Shown: positions 46,028 to 56,637 of the stretch, one piece after another
Numbering within the stretch: the stretch's first letter is position 1
Layout: each line of letters starts with the position of its first letter
NCBI GenBank assembly: GCA_965207885.1
Contig: OZ242311.1
Location: forward strand, 4,320,001-4,384,000
From: Candidatus Latescibacterota bacterium
GTDB taxonomy: Bacteria > Latescibacterota > UBA2968
Direction of reading: 5' to 3'
DNA length: 64,000 nucleotides
Position numbers and translations under genes: made by a program
The notes under the pieces: generated by a model
Told to the model about the DNA's origin: nothing
Databases searched by the model: none
The model's input: only the letters and a program-made list of their open reading frames with translations

Positions 46028-47935
46028 ATGAGTGTTGATGTGCATGCGGCATTTGATGCCGGACAAACCCTTGCTGTGGCAGATCGGATTTTGATCTCAC
46101 CACAGGCGGGTTCTTTGCAGAGCCGCGTAGATGAACTTTTAGACGCAATAAAAAATAGCGGAACCTCTGGCGACTTAATTTGCAAGACATTGATTCAGTT
46201 GGGCATGAATTTTGTCGGACGCGATGCCGAGATCGTAGGATATGGCGCTGAAGAAATAGACGCTGCACTCGACAGTGTGTTAGACGCGCTCGATAAACTG
46301 GAAGGCGATCACGCGACTGGTGTTGTGAATGGCTTTTTGGCCGACATGAAATCCGTGAACCTTGCCGATAGTCTTTCGGGATTATTGGCCGAGCGGATTG
46401 AGTCAAATCTGGACGCAGGCAATCCCGCGCGGTCATTTTTGGAATTGCTCAAGACCAATATGCGCGGCGGGGTGTATTGGCAAATGATCGGTGAAAATGT
46501 CTGTAAATTTGGCAATGACTTTGCGCGTGGTCTGGAATACTTGCGTCACTACGGCTTTTGCCAGGTCTCCACAAATCCAGTATTGGCTGCCAAAGCATTT
46601 GACGAAGACCCCTCGCTGGATGATGAACTCAAAGCCGAGATCGCCAGGCACGACGAGTGGAAAGCCGATCCCGAAAAATATGCCGATGACATTGTAATGG
46701 CTGCCACACTGATCGCGCTGTGGCCCAATCTTTCAATCTTTCGGCCTCTGGCGATGTACACGGGACTGAAAGACTACATGGTGAGTTTTCAACTCAATCC
46801 CAATATCGCAGATCAGGCCGATGCCAGCATTGAAGATGCGCGCAACGCATATCGCATTGCCGATGACTATTTGAAAGGATATGACAAATTATTGGGCGTC
46901 AGCGATATAACCCTGGATCCCAATATCGTATTCAAGGTCGGCGGCGGACACGAAGCAGCGCGAAAAATCACGACCGTGCTCAACAGCGCAGGCATTGGTA
47001 CAAATAACACGGTCGTTTACACCGTTGCCCAGGAAGTACAACTCGTCATCGATGCCTTTGAAGGCAAAGCCAGAGCGGCACAGGCGGGTAAGCAAGTAGT
47101 GAGAACTTATGAAACGAATATGGGTGGACGGTTTGTAAGCCATTTGCGCGAGGTAGAAGCCGAAAAACTATTCGGCGCATTATCAGAAGATCGCGCCGGT
47201 GAATTGCTCGCCGAACTCGCTTCTGATCTGGAAGTCGATATACCCGAAGGGACACTGGCCGAACAAGTCGCTGAAATATGTTCTTATGCCCACTTGAAGT
47301 CTCTGGATCATCCAGTGGTATTAAAAGTTGCCGAAGCGGCCGGTCAGTCTTCAGAAGCAATTGTGCAACTCGAAGCCGATCTAAAAAAAGCGGGGACGGT
47401 CATTGCACGACGCGTACATTGGATTTTCTATGCGCCTGAAAATCGGCCCAAATGGGTTGCCTACCTATCCGACACCTACGGTTTGTCAGAAGATCAGGCA
47501 CAGTGGATTTTGGCGTCAATGGATGTGCTGCCCGCGTCCAAGCGCGTCCCCGATGACACGCTTCACGCACTGGGCGAAAACATGTGCCATACAGAATTTC
47601 CCAACCATCAACGCGCCGTTCAACTCATATCAGAAGAACCCGACTTTGACCTGGACGAACTCAGGGGATCAATCGGCCATGAATACGAACCCGGCGTAGC
47701 ACAGCGACTTTACGAATTGCCCGATTTTCAGAAGGGCTATGATCTGACGCCTGCGCTAAAGGATTTTCTCGAGAATGACGTCCAAATTGATCTGAGTGGC
47801 TGGCAAACGCGGGGCATGGAACCCGGCGACTGGCCTGAATTTGGATCGGTTCAAAAAACCACCACCGAGTTTAAGGCCGCGTATGACGCATTTTTGGTGC
47901 GATGCGTTGAACTGGCCAAAGAAGTTGCTGGATAA
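46028..47935 (+). CDS. Transaldolase-family protein with long N-terminal extension
   Basis: VSTNP, VSFQLNP, PNIVFKV (Schiff-base Lys), GIGTNNTVVY, F..AY..F C-terminus. Confidence 0.7.
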   Translation: MSVDVHAAFDAGQTLAVADRILISPQAGSLQSRVDELLDAIKNSGTSGDLICKTLIQLGMNFVGRDAEIVGYGAEEIDAALDSVLDALDKLEGDHATGVVNGFLADMKSVNLADSLSGLLAERIESNLDAGNPARSFLELLKTNMRGGVYWQMIGENVCKFGNDFARGLEYLRHYGFCQVSTNPVLAAKAFDEDPSLDDELKAEIARHDEWKADPEKYADDIVMAATLIALWPNLSIFRPLAMYTGLKDYMVSFQLNPNIADQADASIEDARNAYRIADDYLKGYDKLLGVSDITLDPNIVFKVGGGHEAARKITTVLNSAGIGTNNTVVYTVAQEVQLVIDAFEGKARAAQAGKQVVRTYETNMGGRFVSHLREVEAEKLFGALSEDRAGELLAELASDLEVDIPEGTLAEQVAEICSYAHLKSLDHPVVLKVAEAAGQSSEAIVQLEADLKKAGTVIARRVHWIFYAPENRPKWVAYLSDTYGLSEDQAQWILASMDVLPASKRVPDDTLHALGENMCHTEFPNHQRAVQLISEEPDFDLDELRGSIGHEYEPGVAQRLYELPDFQKGYDLTPALKDFLENDVQIDLSGWQTRGMEPGDWPEFGSVQKTTTEFKAAYDAFLVRCVELAKEVAG

Positions 47936-47977
47936 GCGGTTCACAATGCAGATATCAGCGGGGATGAGGCTGTTACA

Positions 47978-48547
47978 TCACTCATCCCCGCTTTTCATCT
48001 GCGCGTTTAAAATAGCACTTATTCCCTCCCGATTCTCGATGCGTACAAAAAACGATTCTTCGTGTCCCTCTGCCGAAAGCACCATCACATCCCGCATATT
48101 TTCACCACTCTCATCCCTCTGTTGCTCCAATCGCCACATCATCACATATTCTGTTCCCGGAGCGCGTTGCCAGGGTACCAGAGGATCGACATCAACCAGT
48201 TTTCGAGGTTCTGCCCCACTAAAGTCCGCACCTGTAGCAGTATGCACGGTAAACTTGATCTGTCCATTGCGCATATCGTAAGCCACCTGCCCTTTTTCCG
48301 AAAAATTCCGTTGGATGTGAGGCTCTATCACCGCCAGTGAATACGTACTGTCGCTGAGCACGAGAATTGTAATTTCTCGTTCCAGATCATCTTCCCCACG
48401 CACCCCAGTCTCGCTCCCGGCATACATAAACCAGGCGCCCATTGGCGTGTCCAATTTTTGTCGCGTCACAGTCTGATCTTTCTCTTTTTCTTCTCCAGCA
48501 CATCCCGCGATCAGACAAAATAATACCATACCCAATACCTGTTTCAT
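47978..48547 (-). CDS. Hypothetical lipoprotein
   Basis: Lipobox IAGC; GGAGG RBS. Confidence 0.7.
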   Translation of the reverse strand: MKQVLGMVLFCLIAGCAGEEKEKDQTVTRQKLDTPMGAWFMYAGSETGVRGEDDLEREITILVLSDSTYSLAVIEPHIQRNFSEKGQVAYDMRNGQIKFTVHTATGADFSGAEPRKLVDVDPLVPWQRAPGTEYVMMWRLEQQRDESGENMRDVMVLSAEGHEESFFVRIENREGISAILNAQMKSGDE

Positions 48548-48617
48548 GAACCCTCCATATATAAAAGCGGCCCAAACAAAAATTTGGACCGCTCACCTGT
48601 TTTTCGTGTGATGTACA

Positions 48618-49772
48618 CTATCCTCCAAATGCTTCTTTAAAGCGCTCAAAAAAACCTTTCCCACCTTCTGGGGGCTGTATGTTTTCCAATTTTGCCAACT
48701 TGGCAAACAACTCCTCTTCTTCCCTGCTCAATTTGGCGGGCGTCCAGACTGCCACGCGCACGAGTTGATCGCCCGTGCGATATCCATCCAATTCGGGAAT
48801 ACCCTTGCCGCGCAATCTAAAAATCCGCCCCGACTGTGTTCCCGCAGGAATTTTCATACTCACGCGACCAGTCAGCGTTGGCACTTCTATATCTGCTCCC
48901 AGAGCTGCCTGACTAAAACTAATGGGCAAGTCATACACAATATCGTTGCCGTGTCTTTCAAAATGGTCGTGTTCTTCTTCTTCAACAAAAACCATACAAT
49001 CGCCCGCTGGTCCGCCATTTGGCCCGGCATTGCCCTGCCCTCGCAGGGGAATATAATTGCCCTCGGAAATGCCAGCGGGGATATTGACTGAAAGATCTTT
49101 CTGCTTCTTCACTCGCCCCTGCCCCTGACAACTGTCACATCGCTCGCGCACCACGTTGCCATTGCCATTGCACTGCGGGCAAGTTGTGACATTGACAAAC
49201 TGTCCAAACAGGGAGCGCGTAGCCTGCCGAATCTGCCCTACACCACCACACATATCGCATGTTACGGGGGAACTTCCCGGCTTTGCACCAGCACCTCCGC
49301 ACGTATCACAGGTCTCCAGCCGCGACAGCCGAATGGTTTTTTGAGCACCCTCGGCAATCTCCTCTAACGTCAGACTGATCGAAATCCTCAAATCTTCGCC
49401 GCGATTTGACCGCCGTGGGCTGCGCCGACCAAACAAATCGCCAAAGATACCACCGCCGAATATCTCATCCAGATTGGAAAAAATATCTTGAAAATCACCA
49501 GCGTGCGAAAAGTCCGACCACTGAAAGCCACCGCCCCGAAAGGTACTGCTGACGCCCTCGTGTCCAAACCGGTCATACGCCTGCCGCTTTTGGGTATCCA
49601 TCAACACTTCATAAGCCTCGGCACCTTCTTTGAACATTTCCTCAGCCTGTGGATTGTCCTTATTGCGATCCGGGTGATATTTCAGCGCATGCTTGCGATA
49701 AGCTTTCTTAATATCATCTTCGGAAGCATTGCGATCCACACCCAATATCTCGTAATAATCTCTTTTGGCCAT
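48618..49772 (-). CDS. dnaJ: Chaperone DnaJ
   Basis: J domain with HPD, G/F region, four CxxCxGxG repeats. Confidence 0.97.
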   Translation of the reverse strand: MAKRDYYEILGVDRNASEDDIKKAYRKHALKYHPDRNKDNPQAEEMFKEGAEAYEVLMDTQKRQAYDRFGHEGVSSTFRGGGFQWSDFSHAGDFQDIFSNLDEIFGGGIFGDLFGRRSPRRSNRGEDLRISISLTLEEIAEGAQKTIRLSRLETCDTCGGAGAKPGSSPVTCDMCGGVGQIRQATRSLFGQFVNVTTCPQCNGNGNVVRERCDSCQGQGRVKKQKDLSVNIPAGISEGNYIPLRGQGNAGPNGGPAGDCMVFVEEEEHDHFERHGNDIVYDLPISFSQAALGADIEVPTLTGRVSMKIPAGTQSGRIFRLRGKGIPELDGYRTGDQLVRVAVWTPAKLSREEEELFAKLAKLENIQPPEGGKGFFERFKEAFGG

Positions 49773-49821
49773 TAACCTTTCCCATCAACATGCAAAAAGA
49801 GCCGCACAATTGCGACCCTGT

Positions 49822-50484
49822 TCATAGTTTGTCTGCATCCGCGTCCTCTTCCTGAACTTCCGGTGCGGGTTTGCCCTGACTTACCACCACCTTGGCTGGC
49901 CGCAACACCTTATCGCCCAGGCTATATCCTTTTTCAATCTCATCTGAGACAATACCGGCACCGTGGACTTCAGATGGCATTTGCATCAATGCCTCATGCA
50001 CATTCGGATCAAATGGTTTACCAACCGTCTCAATTTCTTTCAGATTGCGATTGTAGAGCACGCGCGGAAATTGCTCCATAATCATTTTTATGCCCTCTTG
50101 AAATCCCTCTGACTCTGTATCCCCATTTTCGCTGTGTGCCAACGCGCGACCAACCCCATCTAAAATGGGCAATAAATCGCGAATCACATCTTCGCTGGCA
50201 GATTGCACAAGGATCTCAAATTCTCGCGCCCTGCGTTTTTTGTAATTCTCAAACTCAGCGGCAAGGCGCATCCACCGATCTTTATACATTTCGGCTTCTT
50301 CGCGGGCCAAAAATAACGGAGTAGCCTCTATCTTCTCCTTCGGCTCCTCCGATTGATCGGCCTCACCATTAATCTCATCTTTCACCACCTCTGCCTCCGC
50401 ATCCTCCACTACCTCTGCATCTACATCTTCCACGACTTTTTCTTCCAACGGTGTTTCTTCTTTTTTTTCATTCTTCTGCGCCAT
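49822..50484 (-). CDS. grpE: Nucleotide exchange factor GrpE
   Basis: AEFENYKKR, FDPNVHEA, KGY..VLRPAKVVV. Confidence 0.95.
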   Translation of the reverse strand: MAQKNEKKEETPLEEKVVEDVDAEVVEDAEAEVVKDEINGEADQSEEPKEKIEATPLFLAREEAEMYKDRWMRLAAEFENYKKRRAREFEILVQSASEDVIRDLLPILDGVGRALAHSENGDTESEGFQEGIKMIMEQFPRVLYNRNLKEIETVGKPFDPNVHEALMQMPSEVHGAGIVSDEIEKGYSLGDKVLRPAKVVVSQGKPAPEVQEEDADADKL

Positions 50485-50502
50485 AAGTTCTCAACAACTC
50501 CT

Positions 50503-51528
50503 TTACCTGCGATCCAGCATCTCTTCTGTCAGATTTGCCATATACTGCACCAGGGGAACGAGCCGACCATAAGGCAATCGCGTTGGTCCAATAATCCCGA
50601 TAACGCCCGACACGTTGCCCACAGAATACGTAGAAGTCAGCAAACTGCAATCTTTGAGCGCGGGGGATTCGTGTTCATCGCCAATCGTGATGGAAATACC
50701 CGCATCGCGCGCGCGGTCACTCAACAAATGCGCCACGTATTCACGGGCTTCCAGCATACCAATCAGACCGGCAAGGCGTTCGCTGGAAAAATCGGGCTGA
50801 CCAAAAAAATTGCGCGTACCATCCATATGCAAGTCCGCACTGCTCGGAAATCGGAATAAATGATCGGCACTATTGGCAAGCAAACGCAACAACTTGGGAG
50901 ACCCGGACGATGCGGACGCAAGCCGCTCTTTGACAGACGCCATAATCTCGCCTATCGTAAGCCCGGAAAGTCGCTGGTTGACCACCCGCCGCGTTTCTTC
51001 CAACTCGTCCTCTTCAATTTCTGAGTCGATTTCGACAACCATCGTCTTGACCAATCCAGACCGAATCGTCATCACTGTCAGCAACCTGGATTCGCTCAAC
51101 TTGAGCATTTCTAAACGCTCAAAAATGCCCTGTGTGAATTGAGGACCAAGGGCAATGCCCAGATTGTGCGATACATCGGCCAAAACTTTGGACACTTGCA
51201 CCAGTAAATCGTTGGCATTACCCTCTCGCAAACGCTCGACACTATCCCGAATAGACCGCTGTGCCGCCTCGGCGAGTTCCTCCTGATTCATCAGCATATC
51301 GACATAATACCGATAGCCCTTATCGCTCGGCACCCTACCCGCCGAAGTGTGAGGCTGGTACAAATACCCTTTTTCTTCCAGATCGGCCATCGAGTTTCGA
51401 ATGGTCGCCGCGCTGAGCCCCAGATCCATCTTGGAAATGGTGCGCGACCCCACTGGCTCGCCTGTGGTGACATAAGTGCCAATCAAAATATCGAGAATTG
51501 CTTTTTCCCGAGGTGTCAGTTCGGTCAT
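50503..51528 (-). CDS. hrcA: Heat-inducible transcription repressor HrcA
   Basis: EPVGSR, SAATIRNSMADLE, QPHTSAGRVPSDKGYRYYVD, IGPTRL. Confidence 0.95.
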   Translation of the reverse strand: MTELTPREKAILDILIGTYVTTGEPVGSRTISKMDLGLSAATIRNSMADLEEKGYLYQPHTSAGRVPSDKGYRYYVDMLMNQEELAEAAQRSIRDSVERLREGNANDLLVQVSKVLADVSHNLGIALGPQFTQGIFERLEMLKLSESRLLTVMTIRSGLVKTMVVEIDSEIEEDELEETRRVVNQRLSGLTIGEIMASVKERLASASSGSPKLLRLLANSADHLFRFPSSADLHMDGTRNFFGQPDFSSERLAGLIGMLEAREYVAHLLSDRARDAGISITIGDEHESPALKDCSLLTSTYSVGNVSGVIGIIGPTRLPYGRLVPLVQYMANLTEEMLDRR

Positions 51529-51634
51529 AGCATTCCCTTTCCGCCTGAATGAAAGGGGTAGAAAACGACCTATCCGCGTTGATACGTTAGTTTATGATAT
51601 ATATAGGAAGAGACAGCGATTGTCAAGCCCCATC

Positions 51635-51672
51635 AAAAAACGGGTTGGCCGACTTACCCGACCAACCCGTTT
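51635..51672 (-). terminator. Intrinsic terminator
   Basis: AAACGGGTTGG..CCAACCCGTTT with a T tract on the minus strand. Confidence 0.7.
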
Positions 51673-51701
51673 CCGATCTCAGACCTGCTTATTTTTTAAT
51701 T

Positions 51702-53309
51702 TTACCCCACGGGCTTGCCAAAGGCATTGGCAAAGATCAAAAAGTCTGAAAATGCGACCGTACCATCCCCGTCCAAATCAGCCGCAGCATTGTATCCCGG
51801 CACGCCCTCGCTCGTGCCGAAAGCAGCGGCAAAGAGCAAGAAATCGGAAAAATCGACATCCCCGTCACCATCCAGATCAGCACTGCGCGTCTGGGACGGC
51901 GCCTGGCGTATCACCATTAGAGCTTGAACCACAGTTGGAGAATCAGATATTTGAATACCAATAATAGAGACGGTATCGCCCGGCATCAGATCAGAAATGG
52001 GGAAAAAAAGTTGGGCGAGATCATCAACATTGCCAGAAAAAAATATTGCCAGAATCTCTTCAGGGTTCCTCTGATCAAGGCTAATCATCAGAGCCTGTGA
52101 GACATCTATTCTTACCTGGTGACCACCGCGTTGGATGGAAAACGAATTGTTTTCAGCATCTACACTTTGAACACTGACCTCATTAATTTCAACAGGTTCC
52201 GGCTCCGTTTGCAGCATAATTTGCAAATCAGTTACACTGGCACCATTGACAACCTGAATCAGCGTCTCGGGATCACCCTCACCCGTTATGATATTGATTC
52301 CCACAAAAGCACCTAATTCAGCCATACCTCCCTGAGCATCCACCACATTTTGATTTAAAAGAAGCGCATAAGACCCATCTGGCACATGTTTCAACTCAAA
52401 CGCCAGTTGTTCATTGAAATCGACAATGCGAACAATGCCGAATACGATTAAATCAGTGTCATCACCTCTCTCCAGAGCTTCTAAATACAATTCAGGGTCA
52501 ATCAGTGCTGCTCCACCTAGTTCATCGCTCAGTGTAAAACCCTCTGGCAATATCGCCGCGCCGGAAACAACGGCATCTGACAATTCTACTGTGCCGAAGA
52601 AATACTGCTGCTGATCGGCAATAGGGTCTGTATCTGACGCGCCAATAAGCACCTGATAGGCTGCACCCTCGGGTAAATTAATGGTACCCGACAATGTCCT
52701 GCGATCAGTGCTGGCGGACAGATCGGGCGCATTTATAATCGCTTCAATCAGCTCTGTGGGAAAGGAAATAAAATCCCGGTCAATATCAAATCCACCCGCT
52801 GAATCAACAGTTACGACAGGCTGGTTCATCGTGATTTCAAATCGTTGCATCCCACTCGGCACGGGCGGATTCTTCACATCTTCCTGAAGCGTCACACCGC
52901 CAATTACAAACGAAGTTACAGCAGGCGTAACGAGTTGCTGTGGTACAAAACTATTGGGATCACCAGGATTTGTTACCTGAATACTTGGATCTACTGTACG
53001 ATCACCATCCGGATCACCCAATTCCTGACCATTGGACACGCCATCGCCATCTGAGTCGAGCATTGCGAGCATGGCATTCCACACAACCTGACCACTGCGA
53101 CCGGGCTGCGTTAGATAATTGTTGTTGATATCCCTGCCAAAAGAAGTGAGAGTACCACCGCCACCTGGGTTCACATGACACGAAGCACACCCGATCATAC
53201 TGCCATTGGGCAACTGACCAACCCGTGCTGGACGGGCATCTGCCTGTCCCCACCCAACAAAAACAAGGACCAGGACCGTTAGTACTCTGTGAGAATTCAA
53301 CCGCGACAT
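51702..53309 (-). CDS. Secreted protein: temptin-like domain with CxxCH, central beta domains, C-terminal EF-hand/dockerin-like pair
   Basis: LPNG..CASCHVNPGGGG..FGRD..W..LDSDGDGVSNGQELGDP; C-terminal DLDGDGDVDFSDF and DLDGDGTVAFSDF; ATG after AGGAGG. Confidence 0.8.
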   Translation of the reverse strand: MSRLNSHRVLTVLVLVFVGWGQADARPARVGQLPNGSMIGCASCHVNPGGGGTLTSFGRDINNNYLTQPGRSGQVVWNAMLAMLDSDGDGVSNGQELGDPDGDRTVDPSIQVTNPGDPNSFVPQQLVTPAVTSFVIGGVTLQEDVKNPPVPSGMQRFEITMNQPVVTVDSAGGFDIDRDFISFPTELIEAIINAPDLSASTDRRTLSGTINLPEGAAYQVLIGASDTDPIADQQQYFFGTVELSDAVVSGAAILPEGFTLSDELGGAALIDPELYLEALERGDDTDLIVFGIVRIVDFNEQLAFELKHVPDGSYALLLNQNVVDAQGGMAELGAFVGINIITGEGDPETLIQVVNGASVTDLQIMLQTEPEPVEINEVSVQSVDAENNSFSIQRGGHQVRIDVSQALMISLDQRNPEEILAIFFSGNVDDLAQLFFPISDLMPGDTVSIIGIQISDSPTVVQALMVIRQAPSQTRSADLDGDGDVDFSDFLLFAAAFGTSEGVPGYNAAADLDGDGTVAFSDFLIFANAFGKPVG

Positions 53310-53661
53310 AAACAATCCTCCTGAAGAGGGTGATAATTAGAGACAACACGACGCTGCATCTCATCTTCGGAAAATGTAGAACATGTCCTATTGAAAGGCA
53401 ACTGCTTTCTCAGTAAAAAATTGTCTTGCAACTTATAGAGAAATGTATATAATTAGACCTTGTTTTTTTCGTATTTTTCTATAATTGAATCTTGTTTTTC
53501 GGGTATCATCGCCCGACAGTGTAACACATATTTAATACATGAGAAATCACGCGGAAACAAACACCATCTATATTCCGTGCCGATATGTCGGGTCGGCAAA
53601 ACTGCCGATCCTTTCATTTATCAATACCAGGCCACATTTCTCACAATGAAAGGAGCAAAAT

Positions 53662-55080
53662 ATGGCCCAAACGCCACAAGATGTTCTTGCAATGATCGCA
53701 GATCGGGGCATTAGAGTTGTCGATTTTCGCTTTACCGATTTTCCCGGACATTGGCAGCATTTTACTGTCATGTCTTCAGAGATCGAAGAAGACACCTTTG
53801 AAGACGGACTCGGCTTTGACGGATCCAGTATTCGCGGCTGGCAGGCTATCAACGAATCGGACATGCTCGTCATTCCCGATCCCGCCACAGCGTTGATCGA
53901 TCCCTTCCTCGAAGAACCCACCCTCGTAATGATCTGTAATATTGCCGATCCCATCACCAAAAGCGGCTATTCGCGCGACCCGCGTTCGGTCGCTCAAAAA
54001 GCCGAAGCCTATATGCAATCCACGGGCATTGGCGATACGGCATTTTTCGGTCCAGAAGCCGAATTTTTTGTTTTTGACGATGTGCGCTTTGGCGAAGGGT
54101 CAAACCACGCCTTTCACAGAGTAGATTCGGTTGAAGGCTACTGGAATTCGGGCAGAGATGAAGGTCCCAACCTCGGTTACAAACCCCGCCACAAAGAAGG
54201 CTATTTCCCCGTGCCGCCCCACGACACGCTACAAAATATACGCACGGAAATGGTGCTGACCATGGAAGAGGTCGGCATTGACATTGAAGTTCACCACCAC
54301 GAAGTATCAACCGGTGGTCAGGGCGAAATCGACATTCGGTTCTGCCCGATGGTCACATGCGCCGACAGAATGACCTGGTACAAATACATCGTCAAAAACG
54401 TGGCACACAAACACGGCAAAACCGCCACCTTTATGCCCAAACCGCTTTTTGAAGACAATGGCACGGGTATGCACACGCACCAGAGCATCTGGAAAGGCGA
54501 TGAGCCCCTCTTTGCCGGGTCGGGATACGCGGGCCTGAGCGAAATGGCACTGCACTATATCGGCGGCATTCTCAAACACGCCGATGCGTTGATCGCATTG
54601 ACCAACCCGACCACCAACTCATTTAAGCGTCTGGTACCCGGGTATGAAGCCCCGGTCAATCTGGCCTATTCGCAGCGCAATCGCAGTGCTGCAATACGCC
54701 TCCCGATGTATTCTCAAAGTCCCAAAGCCAAGCGCGTCGAATTTCGGTGTCCGGACCCGAGTGCCAATCCCTATCTGGCTTTCGCGGCCATGTTAATGGC
54801 TGGCCTGGACGGCATTCAAAACAAAATTCATCCAGGGGATCCGCTCGACAAAAACCTCTACGATCTCGAACCCGAAGAAGCCGCATCTATCCCGCAGACA
54901 CCGGGTTCACTGTCCGATGCCCTCGATGCATTGGCGGCGGATCACGACTTCCTGCTCAAGGGTGATGTCTTTACCGAAGACGTGATCGAAACCTGGATCG
55001 AATACAAGCGCGAAAACGAAGTTGACGCCATCAACCAGCGTCCTCATCCACACGAATTCGCACTTTACTTCGACGTGTAA
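53662..55080 (+). CDS. glnA: Glutamine synthetase type I
   Basis: [44 protein letters not shown] adenylylation site. Confidence 0.97.
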   Translation: MAQTPQDVLAMIADRGIRVVDFRFTDFPGHWQHFTVMSSEIEEDTFEDGLGFDGSSIRGWQAINESDMLVIPDPATALIDPFLEEPTLVMICNIADPITKSGYSRDPRSVAQKAEAYMQSTGIGDTAFFGPEAEFFVFDDVRFGEGSNHAFHRVDSVEGYWNSGRDEGPNLGYKPRHKEGYFPVPPHDTLQNIRTEMVLTMEEVGIDIEVHHHEVSTGGQGEIDIRFCPMVTCADRMTWYKYIVKNVAHKHGKTATFMPKPLFEDNGTGMHTHQSIWKGDEPLFAGSGYAGLSEMALHYIGGILKHADALIALTNPTTNSFKRLVPGYEAPVNLAYSQRNRSAAIRLPMYSQSPKAKRVEFRCPDPSANPYLAFAAMLMAGLDGIQNKIHPGDPLDKNLYDLEPEEAASIPQTPGSLSDALDALAADHDFLLKGDVFTEDVIETWIEYKRENEVDAINQRPHPHEFALYFDV

Positions 55081-55106
55081 TATTGTAAGCCGTTTTTAGA
55101 CGTACA

Positions 55107-55146
55107 GAAAAGCAGGTGGTCATATCCCGACCACTTGCTTTTTTTG
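55107..55146. terminator. Bidirectional terminator
   Basis: AAAAGCAGGTGGTC..GACCACTTGCTTTTTTT between convergent genes. Confidence 0.75.
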
Positions 55147-55156
55147 TCCAGCCCTC

Positions 55157-55945
55157 TCAATCCCTCAACTTCGTCTTCTCATCCCACCTCACCACATCCA
55201 GATGTTTTTGTGAAAAGCCAATCGCATCCCGAACATCGGTACCGCGCATGTCGGCGTTGTCAAACTGGGCTTTAAAGAGATCGGTTTTTTGCATGCGGGC
55301 GCGCTGGAGATTGGCCTGGCGCAAATCCACTTTGACGAGATCGGCCTCCTGGAGCCTGGCACTTTGCAGATTGGCCCCCCTCAAATTGGCATCGGTCAAA
55401 TCCGACTTTCTAATATCTGCTGTACGCAAGGTGGCATTTTCGAAATCCACCTTGACCAATATGGCCTCTGACAAATTGGCCTTATAAAAATTCGCATTTT
55501 TGCATCTGGCGTCACGCAAATTGCACCCCACCAATTTTGCCTCCTCAAAATTTGCGTCTTCCATATTTGCACCGCTGAGATCAGCCAATTCCAAATCGGC
55601 TGGCGAGACCTGTGCGTCTTTCATATTCGCTCTTGTAAGGATCGCATTCTGCAAGAACGCCCCGCTCAGATCAGCACCTTCGAGATTTGCATCGCGCAAA
55701 TTAGCCTGTAAAAGACGCGCGCGCTGTAAGTTCGCACCCGATAAATTTGCACCCCGCAACTGCGCGCCACTGAGAATGGCTTCGCGCATATCGGCGTGTT
55801 GTAATGCGGCATTCTGCAATTCCGCTCGGTTTAGATTTGCACCGACCAGATCAGCGCGTGCTCCCTCTGTCCCGTTGGACGCTATCCAGGCTTGATGTCG
55901 TGCAAGGATCTCGCGCATCTGTGCAGGTGAAAGAGTTATGGGCAT
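55157..55945 (-). CDS. Pentapeptide repeat protein
   Basis: Continuous A(D/N)Lxx repeats. Confidence 0.95.
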   Translation of the reverse strand: MPITLSPAQMREILARHQAWIASNGTEGARADLVGANLNRAELQNAALQHADMREAILSGAQLRGANLSGANLQRARLLQANLRDANLEGADLSGAFLQNAILTRANMKDAQVSPADLELADLSGANMEDANFEEAKLVGCNLRDARCKNANFYKANLSEAILVKVDFENATLRTADIRKSDLTDANLRGANLQSARLQEADLVKVDLRQANLQRARMQKTDLFKAQFDNADMRGTDVRDAIGFSQKHLDVVRWDEKTKLRD

Positions 55946-55961
55946 GTGATTTCTCCCTTCG

Positions 55962-56519
55962 CTAAATTTTGATGACCTCGTTTTCGGTTACGATCAAATC
56001 CATCTTCACATCGTGTGGCTCGGCAGGCACGCGATCTATGATCTGAAAGGCATAAGATAAACCGATTCGAACTGCTTCAGTCCGTGCCAGAAATCGGTCA
56101 TAATATCCACCACCCGATCCAATCCGATGCCCACGGCGATCAAAAGCGATACCCGGAATGAGGATCAGGTCAATAGTATGAGACAACAACACCTTTTGGG
56201 AATCTGGAACCGGTTCGCGCAAGCCATAATGCACAGGTCGCAGATCGCTCAGTCCCGCAATTGCCTGAAAATTCATATCCCCATCTTTCCCCGTAACAGG
56301 TACTCCCACCTGTTTGCCGCTGTCAATTGCTTTTTGGATCACTATTCTCGTATCCACTTCATTTTTTATCGACACATAACAGGCGATGCACCGTGCAAGC
56401 TGGTATGCTGGCATATCGATTAGCTGGCGATAAATACGCAAACTCTTCTCGCGAACAACTCGTTCGGACATTTGGACACGCTCGGAGCGAAGGCTATGTT
56501 TTAGATCTGGCTTTGTCAT
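55962..56519 (-). CDS. 5-formyltetrahydrofolate cyclo-ligase
   Basis: NEVDT, LIPGIAFDRRGHRIGSGGGYYDRFL, EPHDVKMDLIVTE. Confidence 0.92.
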   Translation of the reverse strand: MTKPDLKHSLRSERVQMSERVVREKSLRIYRQLIDMPAYQLARCIACYVSIKNEVDTRIVIQKAIDSGKQVGVPVTGKDGDMNFQAIAGLSDLRPVHYGLREPVPDSQKVLLSHTIDLILIPGIAFDRRGHRIGSGGGYYDRFLARTEAVRIGLSYAFQIIDRVPAEPHDVKMDLIVTENEVIKI

Positions 56520-56540
56520 GATAAGTTTCTCGCTTCTCCC

Positions 56541-56569
56541 TTGACTTTAATAAATTAAACCGTTAAAAT
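56541..56569 (+). promoter_or_regulatory. sigma70-type promoter for the uppS operon
   Basis: TTGACT-N17-TAAAAT. Confidence 0.55.
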
Positions 56570-56637
56570 TTCACAACATTTTTTATTGTATTTTATCGGC
56601 ATTCAGGCGGACAAGTTGAATTTTCATCGTTAATAAT

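Noticed and set aside
56520-56637. 6S RNA, often upstream of 5-formyl-THF cyclo-ligase
   Set aside because: The intergenic region is short and AT-rich with no long rod-like pairing
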